A DNA stretch of 59,331 nucleotides. It comes from an uncultured bacterium (GTDB lineage Bacteria; Ratteibacteria; UBA8468; B48-G9; JAFGKM01). The stretch's first letter is position 1. The number at the start of each line of letters is the position of its first letter. Made by a program: the position numbers and the translations under genes. This document shows positions 43,374 to 51,744 of the stretch, piece by piece. The notes under the pieces are model-generated. The model made no database searches. It saw only the letters and a list, made by a program, of their open reading frames with translations, and was not told where the DNA came from. The stretch is taken from NCBI GenBank assembly GCA_964413825.1, contig CAYPTS010000002.1, positions 1 to 59,331 of the forward strand, read 5' to 3'.

Positions 43374-46097
43374 ATGGCTAACGATAAGTATGTGTATTTT
43401 TTCGGAGGAGGTAAAGCTGACGGCGAAGGAAGCATGAAGGAACTTCTCGGGGGAAAGGGTGCAGGTCTTGCCGAAATGGTGAAACTTGATATTCCGGTAC
43501 CGGCAGGATTTACCATAACTACTGAAGTCTGTACATATTATTATAAGAATGACAAGCGTTTTCCCGATGGATTGGAAGACAGCATAAAAGAAAACCTTTC
43601 AAACGTAGAGGGGATAATGGGCAGTAAATTCGGCGATATGGAGAACCCCCTGCTTGTTTCCGTGCGCTCCGGTGCAAGGAAGTCCATGCCGGGTATGATG
43701 GAAACCGTGCTTAACGTCGGGCTGTGCACGTCGACCATTCCCGGACTTATCAAGAAAACGAACAATCCCCGCTTTGTCTATGATGCATACAGAAGGCTTA
43801 TCATGATGTATTCCGACGTTGTCATGGAAAAGGCCGCGGGCAAAGAAGTTGAAGAGGGCAAAGGTATCAGGGTACAGCTGGATGGAATGATGACAGAGGT
43901 CAAGGAGTCAAAAGGATACAAGTCGGATACCGACCTTACGGCCGAAGACCTCAAGGATTTGTGCGAAAGCTTCAAGAAGCGGGTAAAAGAGGTTATAGGC
44001 GAAGAATTCCCGGACAATGCATGGGAACAGTTGATGGGCGGCATAAAGGCCGTTTTCCAGTCATGGAACGGAAAAAGAGCGGTTTCCTACAGACGTATAG
44101 AAGGAATACCTGACGAGTGGGGTACGGCTGTCAACGTACAGGCGATGGTATTCGGCAACATGGGAAATACCTCGGCTACGGGCGTGGCGTTCTCGCGCAA
44201 TCCTGCAACCGGAGAGAATAAATTTTACGGCGAATGGCTCGTTGATGCCCAAGGTGAGGACGTTGTTGCAGGAATAAGAACTCCGAATCCGCTGAACGAA
44301 GAGACCAAAAACGAACAAAACCGGCATCTTCATTCGCTTGAGGAGGCAATGCCCGATGTTTATAAGGAATTGAGCGGTATCAGGGCGAAACTTGAAAAGC
44401 ATTTCAAGGATATGCAGGATATAGAATTTACAATTCAGGAAGGAAGGCTGTGGATGCTGCAGTGCCGCGTCGGTAAGAGGACAGGCACGGCGGCTCTGAA
44501 TATGGCGATGGATATGCTCGGAGAGGGACTGATAGACAAGAAAGAGGTTGTGATGCGCCTTACAGCCAGCCAGATTGACGAACTTCTTCATCCGCTCGTT
44601 GACCCCAAAGCGGAAGCGAAGACCAAAGCCCTTGCCAAAGGTCTGCCTGCCGGCCCCGGAGGCGCCCAGGGACAGATAGTTTTTACCGCCGATGATGCGG
44701 TCAAGTGGGCGAAACAGGGTAAAAACGTAATTCTTGTAAGGGAAGAGACCAACCCCGAAGATGTCGAAGGAATGAGGGCGGCGCAGGGCATTCTTACCGG
44801 AAGAGGCGGGATGACCAGCCACGCCGCTCTGGTTGCCAGAGGATGGGGCAAGTGCTGTATCGTCGGGTGCGGCGCCTTGAAGATAGACGTTCATAAGAAA
44901 ACAATGGGTGTTGACGGCAAGGTGCTTAAGGAAGGAGACAGCGTTACCCTCAATGGAACAAGAGGTTATGTCTATGAAGGCGAACTTCCCATGGTAGACG
45001 CTACGGAAAACCCGAGATTTGCCGAGTTTATGAAGATTGCTTCTTCTCTGCGCAAGATGGGCGTAAGGGCGAATGCGGATACTCCGGACGATGCAAGAAA
45101 CGCCCTTGCTTTCGGTGCTGAAGGGATAGGGCTTTTCAGAACGGAACACATGTTTTACGGGAAAGGTGCGGAAGAGCCGCTGTTCTTACTGAGAAAAATG
45201 ATTATGGCGCATTCGGCGGAGGAGAGGAGGGCGGCACTTGATGAACTGCTTCCGTATGTTAAAAAGGACATGAAGGCAACCATGGAGGTCATGAATGGAT
45301 TTCCGGTTACCATAAGGCTTCTTGACCCGCCTCTCCATGAATTTGTGCCAAAGCGCGCGGAAGAACAGGCGCGCATAGCGGAAAGTCTCGGAATATCGCC
45401 GGAAGAGTTTGTAAAAAGGTCGGAAGGCCTTCACGAGACCAATCCGATGATGGGGCACCGCGGCGTCCGTCTCGGCGTTACGTATCCCGAAGTTACAGAG
45501 ATGCAGGTCAGGGCTATTTTTGAGGCCGCGGCTGAACTGATTACGGAAGGGAAAAAGGCCATGCCGGAGATAATGGTTCCTGTGGTCGCCATGGTGGAGG
45601 AACTTAAAGACCAGAAAAAAATTGTTGACAGGGTCTACGGCGAAGTATGCGCAAAATACAGCGTCGACAAAATAGATTACATGTACGGCACCATGATTGA
45701 AATACCGAGGGCTGCCCTGACCGCCGACAAGATTGCGGCGGAGGCGGAATTCTTTTCCTTCGGAACCAACGACCTGACCCAGATGGGCTTCGGATTTTCG
45801 AGAGACGACATAGGAGGATTCGCCCCTGATTACCTCGATAAGAAAATACTTCCCCAAGACCCGTTCCAGGTTCTCGACCAGGAAGGTATAGGCGAACTGG
45901 TTGACATCGGGATAAGGCGCGGGCGGAGTACGCGTCCGAATCTGAAGGTCGGTATATGCGGCGAGCACGGAGGAGAAGCCGAATCCGTCAAGTTCTGCCA
46001 CAGGGAAAAGATGAATTACGTCAGTTGCTCTCCTTTCAGAATTCCCATAGCCATACTGGCAGCGGCGCAGGCAGCGGTGGAAGACGAGCGCAAATAA
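43374..46097 (+). CDS. ppdK: Pyruvate, phosphate dikinase
   Basis: YVYFFGGG...G...MKELLGGKGAGLAEM, GGMTSHAALVARGWGK and GTNDLTQ. AAGGAGG lies upstream of the ATG at 43374. Confidence 0.97.
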   Translation: MANDKYVYFFGGGKADGEGSMKELLGGKGAGLAEMVKLDIPVPAGFTITTEVCTYYYKNDKRFPDGLEDSIKENLSNVEGIMGSKFGDMENPLLVSVRSGARKSMPGMMETVLNVGLCTSTIPGLIKKTNNPRFVYDAYRRLIMMYSDVVMEKAAGKEVEEGKGIRVQLDGMMTEVKESKGYKSDTDLTAEDLKDLCESFKKRVKEVIGEEFPDNAWEQLMGGIKAVFQSWNGKRAVSYRRIEGIPDEWGTAVNVQAMVFGNMGNTSATGVAFSRNPATGENKFYGEWLVDAQGEDVVAGIRTPNPLNEETKNEQNRHLHSLEEAMPDVYKELSGIRAKLEKHFKDMQDIEFTIQEGRLWMLQCRVGKRTGTAALNMAMDMLGEGLIDKKEVVMRLTASQIDELLHPLVDPKAEAKTKALAKGLPAGPGGAQGQIVFTADDAVKWAKQGKNVILVREETNPEDVEGMRAAQGILTGRGGMTSHAALVARGWGKCCIVGCGALKIDVHKKTMGVDGKVLKEGDSVTLNGTRGYVYEGELPMVDATENPRFAEFMKIASSLRKMGVRANADTPDDARNALAFGAEGIGLFRTEHMFYGKGAEEPLFLLRKMIMAHSAEERRAALDELLPYVKKDMKATMEVMNGFPVTIRLLDPPLHEFVPKRAEEQARIAESLGISPEEFVKRSEGLHETNPMMGHRGVRLGVTYPEVTEMQVRAIFEAAAELITEGKKAMPEIMVPVVAMVEELKDQKKIVDRVYGEVCAKYSVDKIDYMYGTMIEIPRAALTADKIAAEAEFFSFGTNDLTQMGFGFSRDDIGGFAPDYLDKKILPQDPFQVLDQEGIGELVDIGIRRGRSTRPNLKVGICGEHGGEAESVKFCHREKMNYVSCSPFRIPIAILAAAQAAVEDERK

Positions 46098-46102
46098 AGA
46101 AC

Positions 46103-46214
46103 TTGAGAAGTTTGCAAGTTTTGGAGTTGCGAACTTCATAACTTTGCATGTTCTTGAGTTGTGAAGATTGCAGGTTGCGGAATTTGGGGCAGATGGAGGG
46201 TTGTAGCTTGTGAG
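46103..46214. repeat. Degenerate 16-bp periodic repeat (about 7 units)
   Basis: Units read in 16-nt register: ttgagaagtttgcaag / ttttggagttgcgaac / ttcataactttgcatg / ttcttgagttgtgaag / attgcaggttgcggaa / tttggggcagatggag / ggttgtagcttgtgag. Confidence 0.5.
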
Positions 46215-46895
46215 GTAAGCCAGTTCGAGTATGACGCTCCATGACAGACAAAGCTAAGTGTTTGGGGAAAGGGGAAGTCCCATATAAGACATAAATTCGG
46301 GGCGGCGATGCCCCTTCGAAAACGGGGTGGCTTTCCCTTTTATGCCCCAAACCCAAGTTTTGGAGCTGTCCTTCCGCTAATTGTGCTCCGGACTGCTTTC
46401 CTTAACGCTTCATCTTCCGGAAAGTTCCTGTGCCCGTTTTGCTCAACAGGATTTTTTCCTTCAATGCCACAACTTCAGAAAATTTCCTGTACCAGTTACG
46501 GCCGGATCGTCTTGTCCCTTGTCCGGCCCCGGGAGGACAGTCAGAAAAACCTCAATCTATCAATTGCCTGTCCATGGTCCCTTCCTGTCCTTTTTTTGCG
46601 GCAAATTCCAGGCATTGTTTTATGTCGTAATGGATGCAACATCGTTTTTCGGCAAAAAAACGCTTATTTTTTGATTTTATTTTAATCATAGACAAAAAAC
46701 CTGAAAAAGGGGTATAATTACTGAAAGTCGGATTTTGTTCGGAACATGAGGTCCGGAATTCATGACTTCTATTTTTTTTTGGAAGGGCAGGGCGGAAATC
46801 CTGATTTTTTTTAAAAAAGTATCTTATGAAACGCTCCAAATGAACCAATGTAAAGTATTCTCTATCAAGTATTTAAAAATACTGTGGAGGTACAT

Positions 46896-47789
46896 ATGGA
46901 AAGAAGGGATTTCATCCGGAACAGTTTTCTGACTGTCATCGGTCTGGGATTTTCGTCCGTATTTAAAGGCAGGGGAAACGGGTTTTTATTTGCTGAAGAC
47001 GGTGTTTCTGAAATAGTTGCCGCAAAAGGCGGCGACATTTACAGTTCGACAAAAAAGGTTATAGACGGTTTGGGGGGAATGGCGAAGTTTGTCAGGCGGG
47101 GTTCTAAGGTTGTCATAAAGCCGAATATCGCATGGAACAGGACCCCCGAACAGGCGGCTACCACACATCCCGAAGTTGTAACGGCACTTGTGCGGTTGTG
47201 TTTGGAATGCGCTCCTGCCCAGGTTGTTGTGACCGATAACCCATGCAATCCGTGGAAAGTGACATCTGTAACAAGCGGTATAAAGGAGGCGGCTGAAAAG
47301 GCCGGAGCAATCGTAAGGGCGCCGCAAAAATTCAGGAAGGTGGTAATCCCCGATGCGCAGGTGCTCAAAGAAGCCGAGGTGCTTGAGGACGTTCTCAATG
47401 CGGACGTAGTTATAAACGTTCCGGTTGTAAAGGTTCACGGCGGGGCGCGGATAACGGCCGCAATGAAAAATCTCATGGGGGTGGTGAAGGACAGGGGGTA
47501 TTTCCACAGGACCGACCTGCACAGGTGCATAGCGGAGATAAGCGGTTATGTAAAACCTGCGCTTACCGTTCTTGACGCTACGAGAATTCTTTTGACAAGG
47601 GGTCCCCAGGGACCCGGAGAAGTGAAACAGACCGGCATAATTGCGGCGGGCAAGGATTTTGTGGCACTGGACGTGTACGGTGCGGAATTGCTGAACGTCA
47701 ATCCGCAGAACGTTCCGCATATAGCCATTGCCGCATCCATGAACCTCGGGACGGCGGACAAATCAAAAATCAGGGTTAGAAACGTATGA
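46896..47789 (+). CDS. DUF362 domain protein with twin-arginine signal
   Basis: MERRDFIRNSFLTVIGLGF (Tat motif RRxFI), VVIKPNIAW...........THPEVV. Confidence 0.75.
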   Translation: MERRDFIRNSFLTVIGLGFSSVFKGRGNGFLFAEDGVSEIVAAKGGDIYSSTKKVIDGLGGMAKFVRRGSKVVIKPNIAWNRTPEQAATTHPEVVTALVRLCLECAPAQVVVTDNPCNPWKVTSVTSGIKEAAEKAGAIVRAPQKFRKVVIPDAQVLKEAEVLEDVLNADVVINVPVVKVHGGARITAAMKNLMGVVKDRGYFHRTDLHRCIAEISGYVKPALTVLDATRILLTRGPQGPGEVKQTGIIAAGKDFVALDVYGAELLNVNPQNVPHIAIAASMNLGTADKSKIRVRNV

Positions 47790-48391
47790 AGACGTTCATG
47801 AGGCGCTTGATACAGGCAATTTTTATTTTCCTGTTTTTCTATCTGCTCCGTAGAACTGCGGAATATCCAATTCCGGAGAAACTGCCCCTGAGTCTTTTTT
47901 TCAGGATAGACGGTCTGCTTGCGGTTTCCACGACCGTTTCGACAGGACACTTTTCGTTATATTTTATACCTGCGCTTGTTTTGATGCTGTTTTTGCTTCT
48001 AAGGGGAAATTTTTTCTGTTCCAGGATATGCCCGTTCGGAGGGCTGATTGATTTTGGAAATATTGTCCTGTTGAGGAAAAAATGGAGGTTTTGTCCCCGC
48101 ATTCCGTTTTTCCTCAGGAAAATCCGTCTGTTTCTTCTTGCCGGTTTTCTTCTGCTGTCTTTTGCCGCTTTCTTCATCGCGGTTCCCAATCCGTTATGGA
48201 TTTCAGACCCTTATGTCATTATGACAAGGGCTTTTATATTAAAACGGGCATGGATGGTCTTTTTTCTTGCGATTCTTGCATCCAGCATTGTTGTTCCGAG
48301 ATTTTGGTGCAATTACATATGTCCCCTGGGTTGTCTGTATTATAATCTCGGGTGTATCGGAAAACTCCGTTTCCTAAAAAGGAAAAAATGA
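47786..48391 (+). CDS. NapH/MauN-like membrane polyferredoxin (4Fe-4S binding)
   Basis: Four or five TM segments with CSRICPFGGLIDF and WCNYICPLGCLY motifs. ATGA overlaps on both sides. Confidence 0.7.
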   Translation: MKTFMRRLIQAIFIFLFFYLLRRTAEYPIPEKLPLSLFFRIDGLLAVSTTVSTGHFSLYFIPALVLMLFLLLRGNFFCSRICPFGGLIDFGNIVLLRKKWRFCPRIPFFLRKIRLFLLAGFLLLSFAAFFIAVPNPLWISDPYVIMTRAFILKRAWMVFFLAILASSIVVPRFWCNYICPLGCLYYNLGCIGKLRFLKRKK

Positions 48392-48984
48392 CACGAAGGA
48401 CATTTATCAGGCAACTGGCGGCGTTTTCTCTGCTTATTTTCGGCGGCGTCCGCTTTCTCTTTAAACCCGGCAAAAGGGGTTTTATAAGGCCTCCGGGTTC
48501 CGTAACTGAAAATGATTTTAATACAAAGTGCGTGAAATGCGGCAAATGCATACTTGTATGTCCTGCAAAATGCCTTAAGCCGGTACCGATTGAAAAAGGC
48601 ATTGTCGAATGGGGGACTCCTCACGTTATCCCCAGAGAAGCAGGGTGCATAAGATGTATGAACTGTTCAAAGGTTTGCCCTTCTTCCGCCATTGCAAGGG
48701 TAGGGCGCAGCAGTATAAAAATGGGTACTGCGGAGATAAACAGGGATAGATGCCTGGTCTGGAAGCACAATAAGGACTGTCTGGTCTGCATGGAATACTG
48801 TCCTGTCGGCGCCATAGACGTGGATTATCAAGGCAGGCCGGTTGTAAACGAAGATTTATGTGCGGGCTGCGGTTTATGCGAGGAGAATTGTCCGGTAAAG
48901 GGCGAATCGGCCATAATAGTTTCAAACCGCGGAGAAAAAAGATATCATATAAAGGAAAGAAGTTACAGAGAGACAAAATCATGA
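48388..48984 (+). CDS. Tat-signal ferredoxin with four CxxCxxCxxxCP clusters
   Basis: MTRRTFIRQLAAF.., CVKCGKCILVCP, CIRCMNCSKVCP, CLVCMEYCP and CAGCGLCEENCP. Confidence 0.8.
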   Translation: MTRRTFIRQLAAFSLLIFGGVRFLFKPGKRGFIRPPGSVTENDFNTKCVKCGKCILVCPAKCLKPVPIEKGIVEWGTPHVIPREAGCIRCMNCSKVCPSSAIARVGRSSIKMGTAEINRDRCLVWKHNKDCLVCMEYCPVGAIDVDYQGRPVVNEDLCAGCGLCEENCPVKGESAIIVSNRGEKRYHIKERSYRETKS

Positions 48985-49098
48985 CCCCTAAGCGCTTGTC
49001 ATTGCGAGGCGAAGCCGAAGCAATCTCTTAATAAGGTTGGGATTGCCGCGCCATAAAACGGCTCGCAATGACGAAAAACGTCGGTTCGGGGTAAAGGA
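48974..49098 (+). repeat. Leader-element type C, copy 3 (upstream of tatA; its 5' module overlaps the ferredoxin stop codon)
   Basis: AAAATCATGACCCCTAAGCGCTTGTCATTGCGAGGCGAAGCCGAAGCAATCTCTTAATAAGGTTGGGATTGCCGCGCCATAAAACGGCTCGCAATGACGAAAAACGTCGGTTCGGGGTAAAGGAGA. Confidence 0.9.
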
Positions 49099-49107
49099 GA
49101 GAGCAAT

Positions 49108-49305
49108 ATGTTTAATCTGGGACCAGGAGAACTTGTTGTAATTTTGTTGATTTTGCTTCTGCTTTTCGGCGCGAAAAGGCTTCCTGAAATAGGTCGCTCC
49201 ATAGGAAAATCGCTCGGTGAATTCAAAAAAGGCGTAAAGGAAAGCGAAGACCCTTTTCGAAATGTTACCTTGAAGGAACACGAAAGGGACGATGAAAAAC
49301 GATAA
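49108..49305 (+). CDS. tatA: Twin-arginine translocase subunit TatA/E
   Basis: MFNLGPGELVVILLILLLLFGAKRLPEIGRSIGKSLGEFKKG. Confidence 0.9.
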   Translation: MFNLGPGELVVILLILLLLFGAKRLPEIGRSIGKSLGEFKKGVKESEDPFRNVTLKEHERDDEKR

Positions 49306-50014
49306 CTATGAACCTTCTACGCAGACATCAGTTATCGAACACCTTGAAGAACTGCGAAAAAGGCTTGTTTTTGTCCTTGCCGGGTGGCTGATTTTGTCGC
49401 TTGCGGCATATTTCTTTTCGGAAGAAATACTTGGATTTGTAATATGTCCGCTTTCCAGATATCAGGAAAAACCCGTTTTTACAAGGCCGGCCGAGCCCTT
49501 TATAGCGGTAATAAAACTGTCTGCTTTTGCCGGCGCGTTTTTAAACATTCCGAATCTTCTCGGGCAGGCATGGCTGTTCCTTTCTCCCGCCCTGACGAAA
49601 AAGGAAAAAAAGGCCGCTGTTTTTGTTTTCTGCGGGTTTCCGGTACTGTTTTTTGCCGGCGCGCTTTTTTCGCTATATGTCATTGTTCCATTTGGACTTA
49701 GGGTTATGTTTTCTTTTGCAGGGGAGGCGATGGACCCCTTTATTTCCATAGGGGGATACCTTAATTTTGTCCTTGTTTTTATTGCGGCATTCGGCATGAT
49801 TTTCAACCTGCCGGTTATTATGGGCGGTCTTGCTTCGGCCGGAATCGTAAGTTCCGAACTGTTAAGGACTAAGAGACGTTATGCGATACTTGCATCCTTT
49901 GTTCTCGCCGCAATAGCGACTCCTCCGGATGTAATCACACAGATTCTGGTTGCAATCCCGCTGGTTTTCCTTTATGAAATCTCGATAATTTTTACAAAAT
50001 TATTAAAAAGATAA
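49292..50014 (+). CDS. tatC: Twin-arginine translocase subunit TatC
   Basis: ..VIEHLEELRKRL.., six TM segments and ..AAIATPPDVITQ. Confidence 0.9.
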   Translation: MKNDNYEPSTQTSVIEHLEELRKRLVFVLAGWLILSLAAYFFSEEILGFVICPLSRYQEKPVFTRPAEPFIAVIKLSAFAGAFLNIPNLLGQAWLFLSPALTKKEKKAAVFVFCGFPVLFFAGALFSLYVIVPFGLRVMFSFAGEAMDPFISIGGYLNFVLVFIAAFGMIFNLPVIMGGLASAGIVSSELLRTKRRYAILASFVLAAIATPPDVITQILVAIPLVFLYEISIIFTKLLKR

Positions 50015-50224
50015 AACATTATCAGACATATACTTATCAGTATCCATATAATCTAATTTCTTAAAACAGAAAATCTTTAAAAACCATCTTGCGGAAAGTG
50101 TTTTTTTCAGCCCAAGAGTTAACATAATATCTCTTATCCGACGTTTTTTGCGCAACTCATTGACGGGCATAGTTTTGCGAGTGATTTATTGCTTTGGGGT
50201 TGTATTCGGGGGAATTTTCGGGTG

Positions 50225-50908
50225 CTACTCTTCCGAAACTTCAAGCAAGGAAATAGTTAAAGTCTTTCTGGGAAAGAACTTACTAAGAAGATTCGCTATT
50301 ACACAGCCGTCATAAAAAAATACAAAGCCGCTAATCAAAGTGCCTGCTAACCAATTGAGGAATAAGAACATAACGACTATAGACAGGGCAAGCAAACCTA
50401 TCATTGCCGCGTAGATTATGGTATATTCCTTAATAACCTTGAAAATCTTTTCAGCGATAAGGTTGAGTTTGAACGCTTTTTGAAGGTTGTCCTCTTCAAG
50501 ATATACGCAAACCGCAAAAGGAAGGAAATAAAGGGCTATTAGCAGGGATAAAGTGCCTATTGTGTTTAAAATCTGCCCTCTAAGGTAAAATAAAGACAAA
50601 ATTCTGCCTTCGGACAGGGAAAGCATAAACTGCCCCCCTAAAAGCATCAATAAAACGGGTATGGCGGCATAACTTATGCATATAATGAATATGTTGAGGC
50701 CTCTGGTGAAGAGATTTTTGATATTTTCGTCCCACTTCACCGGCGACTTATCCTGCTCTATACTTTTCTTGAGTTTCGTCCCGAGATAGCCGAGAGGCAC
50801 GAGTCCGATGACCGGAATCAGGGTCAGTACGCCTCCGGTGAGAAGGTTAATAATGTTTTTCTGGTTTTTAACAGGGTCTTTAAATGCCTCTTTAATTTTT
50901 TTCTTCAT
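50225..50908 (-). CDS. DUF4013-like polytopic membrane protein
   Basis: N-terminal ..LLTGGVLTLIPVIGLVPLGYL...........P.WDEN...LF..GL pattern. ATGA overlap with the pdxJ stop. Confidence 0.45.
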   Translation of the reverse strand: MKKKIKEAFKDPVKNQKNIINLLTGGVLTLIPVIGLVPLGYLGTKLKKSIEQDKSPVKWDENIKNLFTRGLNIFIICISYAAIPVLLMLLGGQFMLSLSEGRILSLFYLRGQILNTIGTLSLLIALYFLPFAVCVYLEEDNLQKAFKLNLIAEKIFKVIKEYTIIYAAMIGLLALSIVVMFLFLNWLAGTLISGFVFFYDGCVIANLLSKFFPRKTLTISLLEVSEE

Positions 50909-51618
50909 GATTTCATTACCTCAAGCATTTCCTTTACCGCCCTTTCAAGCCCCACAAATACCGCCCTGCCGATTATGCTGTAGCCGATGTTGAGTTCCTC
51001 GATGCCTTCAATGCGGCATATAGGGGGGGTGTTTTTTATGTCCAGACCGTGGCCTGCGTTTACCCTTATCCCGATGGAAAGCGCGTATGCTGTTGCAGAG
51101 GAGATTTTTTCCAGTTCTTCACGCACCGCATCTTCCGTTTTTACATTGGCATATCTTCCCGTATGAAGCTCTATGAATTCCGCTCCGGCATCCCTGCTGG
51201 CCGCTATCTGTTTTTCGTCCGGCTCGATGAAAAGGCTGACGCGTATCCCCTTATCCTTGAATTTTTTTATGTTGTCCCGTATACGGGCAAGGTTGTTTGC
51301 CACGTCCAGGCCGCCTTCGGTCGTCAGTTCTTCCCTTTTTTCCGGAACGAGGGTTACCTGGTAAGGTTTCACGTCGAGGGCGATTTTAACTATTTCTTCT
51401 GAAAGCGCCATTTCAAGGTTCAGATACGTTTTAACCGTCTGCTTCAGCAGGTAAACGTCCCTGTCCTGTATGTGCCGCCGGTCTTCCCTCAAATGACATA
51501 CGATTGAGTCACAGCCTGCAATCTCGCACAGAGCCGCGGCATGCACCGGGTCCGGAACCTCCCCCCTTCTCGCCTGCCTCACGGTTGCCACGTGGTCGAT
51601 ATTTATTCCCAGTTTCAT
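50905..51618 (-). CDS. pdxJ: Pyridoxine 5'-phosphate synthase
   Basis: MKLGINIDHVATVRQARRG..PDPV.AA and HLREDRRHI. Confidence 0.93.
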   Translation of the reverse strand: MKLGINIDHVATVRQARRGEVPDPVHAAALCEIAGCDSIVCHLREDRRHIQDRDVYLLKQTVKTYLNLEMALSEEIVKIALDVKPYQVTLVPEKREELTTEGGLDVANNLARIRDNIKKFKDKGIRVSLFIEPDEKQIAASRDAGAEFIELHTGRYANVKTEDAVREELEKISSATAYALSIGIRVNAGHGLDIKNTPPICRIEGIEELNIGYSIIGRAVFVGLERAVKEMLEVMKS

Positions 51619-51744
51619 TGTTCCCCCTGGCTCTCTCTCATTGTCATTGCGAGCCCCGTTTTCGGGGGCGCGGCAATCCCGGCCTTAACAGGAGATTGCT
51701 CCGGCTTCGCCCCGCAATGGCAAGCGGTGAGGAGTCCTGATTTT
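51619..51744 (-). repeat. Leader-element type C, copy 4 (sense with pdxJ; fills the whole hisC-pdxJ spacer)
   Basis: The reverse complement reads (TAG)AAAATCAGGACTCCTCACCGCTTGCCATTGCGGGGCGAAGCCGGAGCAATCTCCTGTTAAGGCCGGGATTGCCGCGCCCCCGAAAACGGGGCTCGCAATGACAATGAGAGAGAGCCAGGGGGAACA(ATG). Confidence 0.9.

Noticed and set aside
44061-46139. Two long minus-strand ORFs (362 aa and 317 aa) inside ppdK
   Set aside because: They are antisense to an unambiguous pyruvate phosphate dikinase. They have low-complexity, Arg/Phe-rich composition typical of antisense frames.
46295-46345. tmRNA-like 5' end (GGGGCGGCGAU...UUCGAAAACGGGG)
   Set aside because: There is no complementary tRNA-like 3' end (..CCGCCCCACCA with a T-arm) within the following about 400 nt. 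The GGGGC/GCCCC simply forms a local hairpin.
46395-46450. SRP (4.5S) RNA-like motif around TCCGGAAG / GGAAAGCAG on the minus strand
   Set aside because: It does not fold into the helix-8 GGAA-tetraloop hairpin with the symmetric loop consensus. CTTCCGGAAG is just a palindrome.
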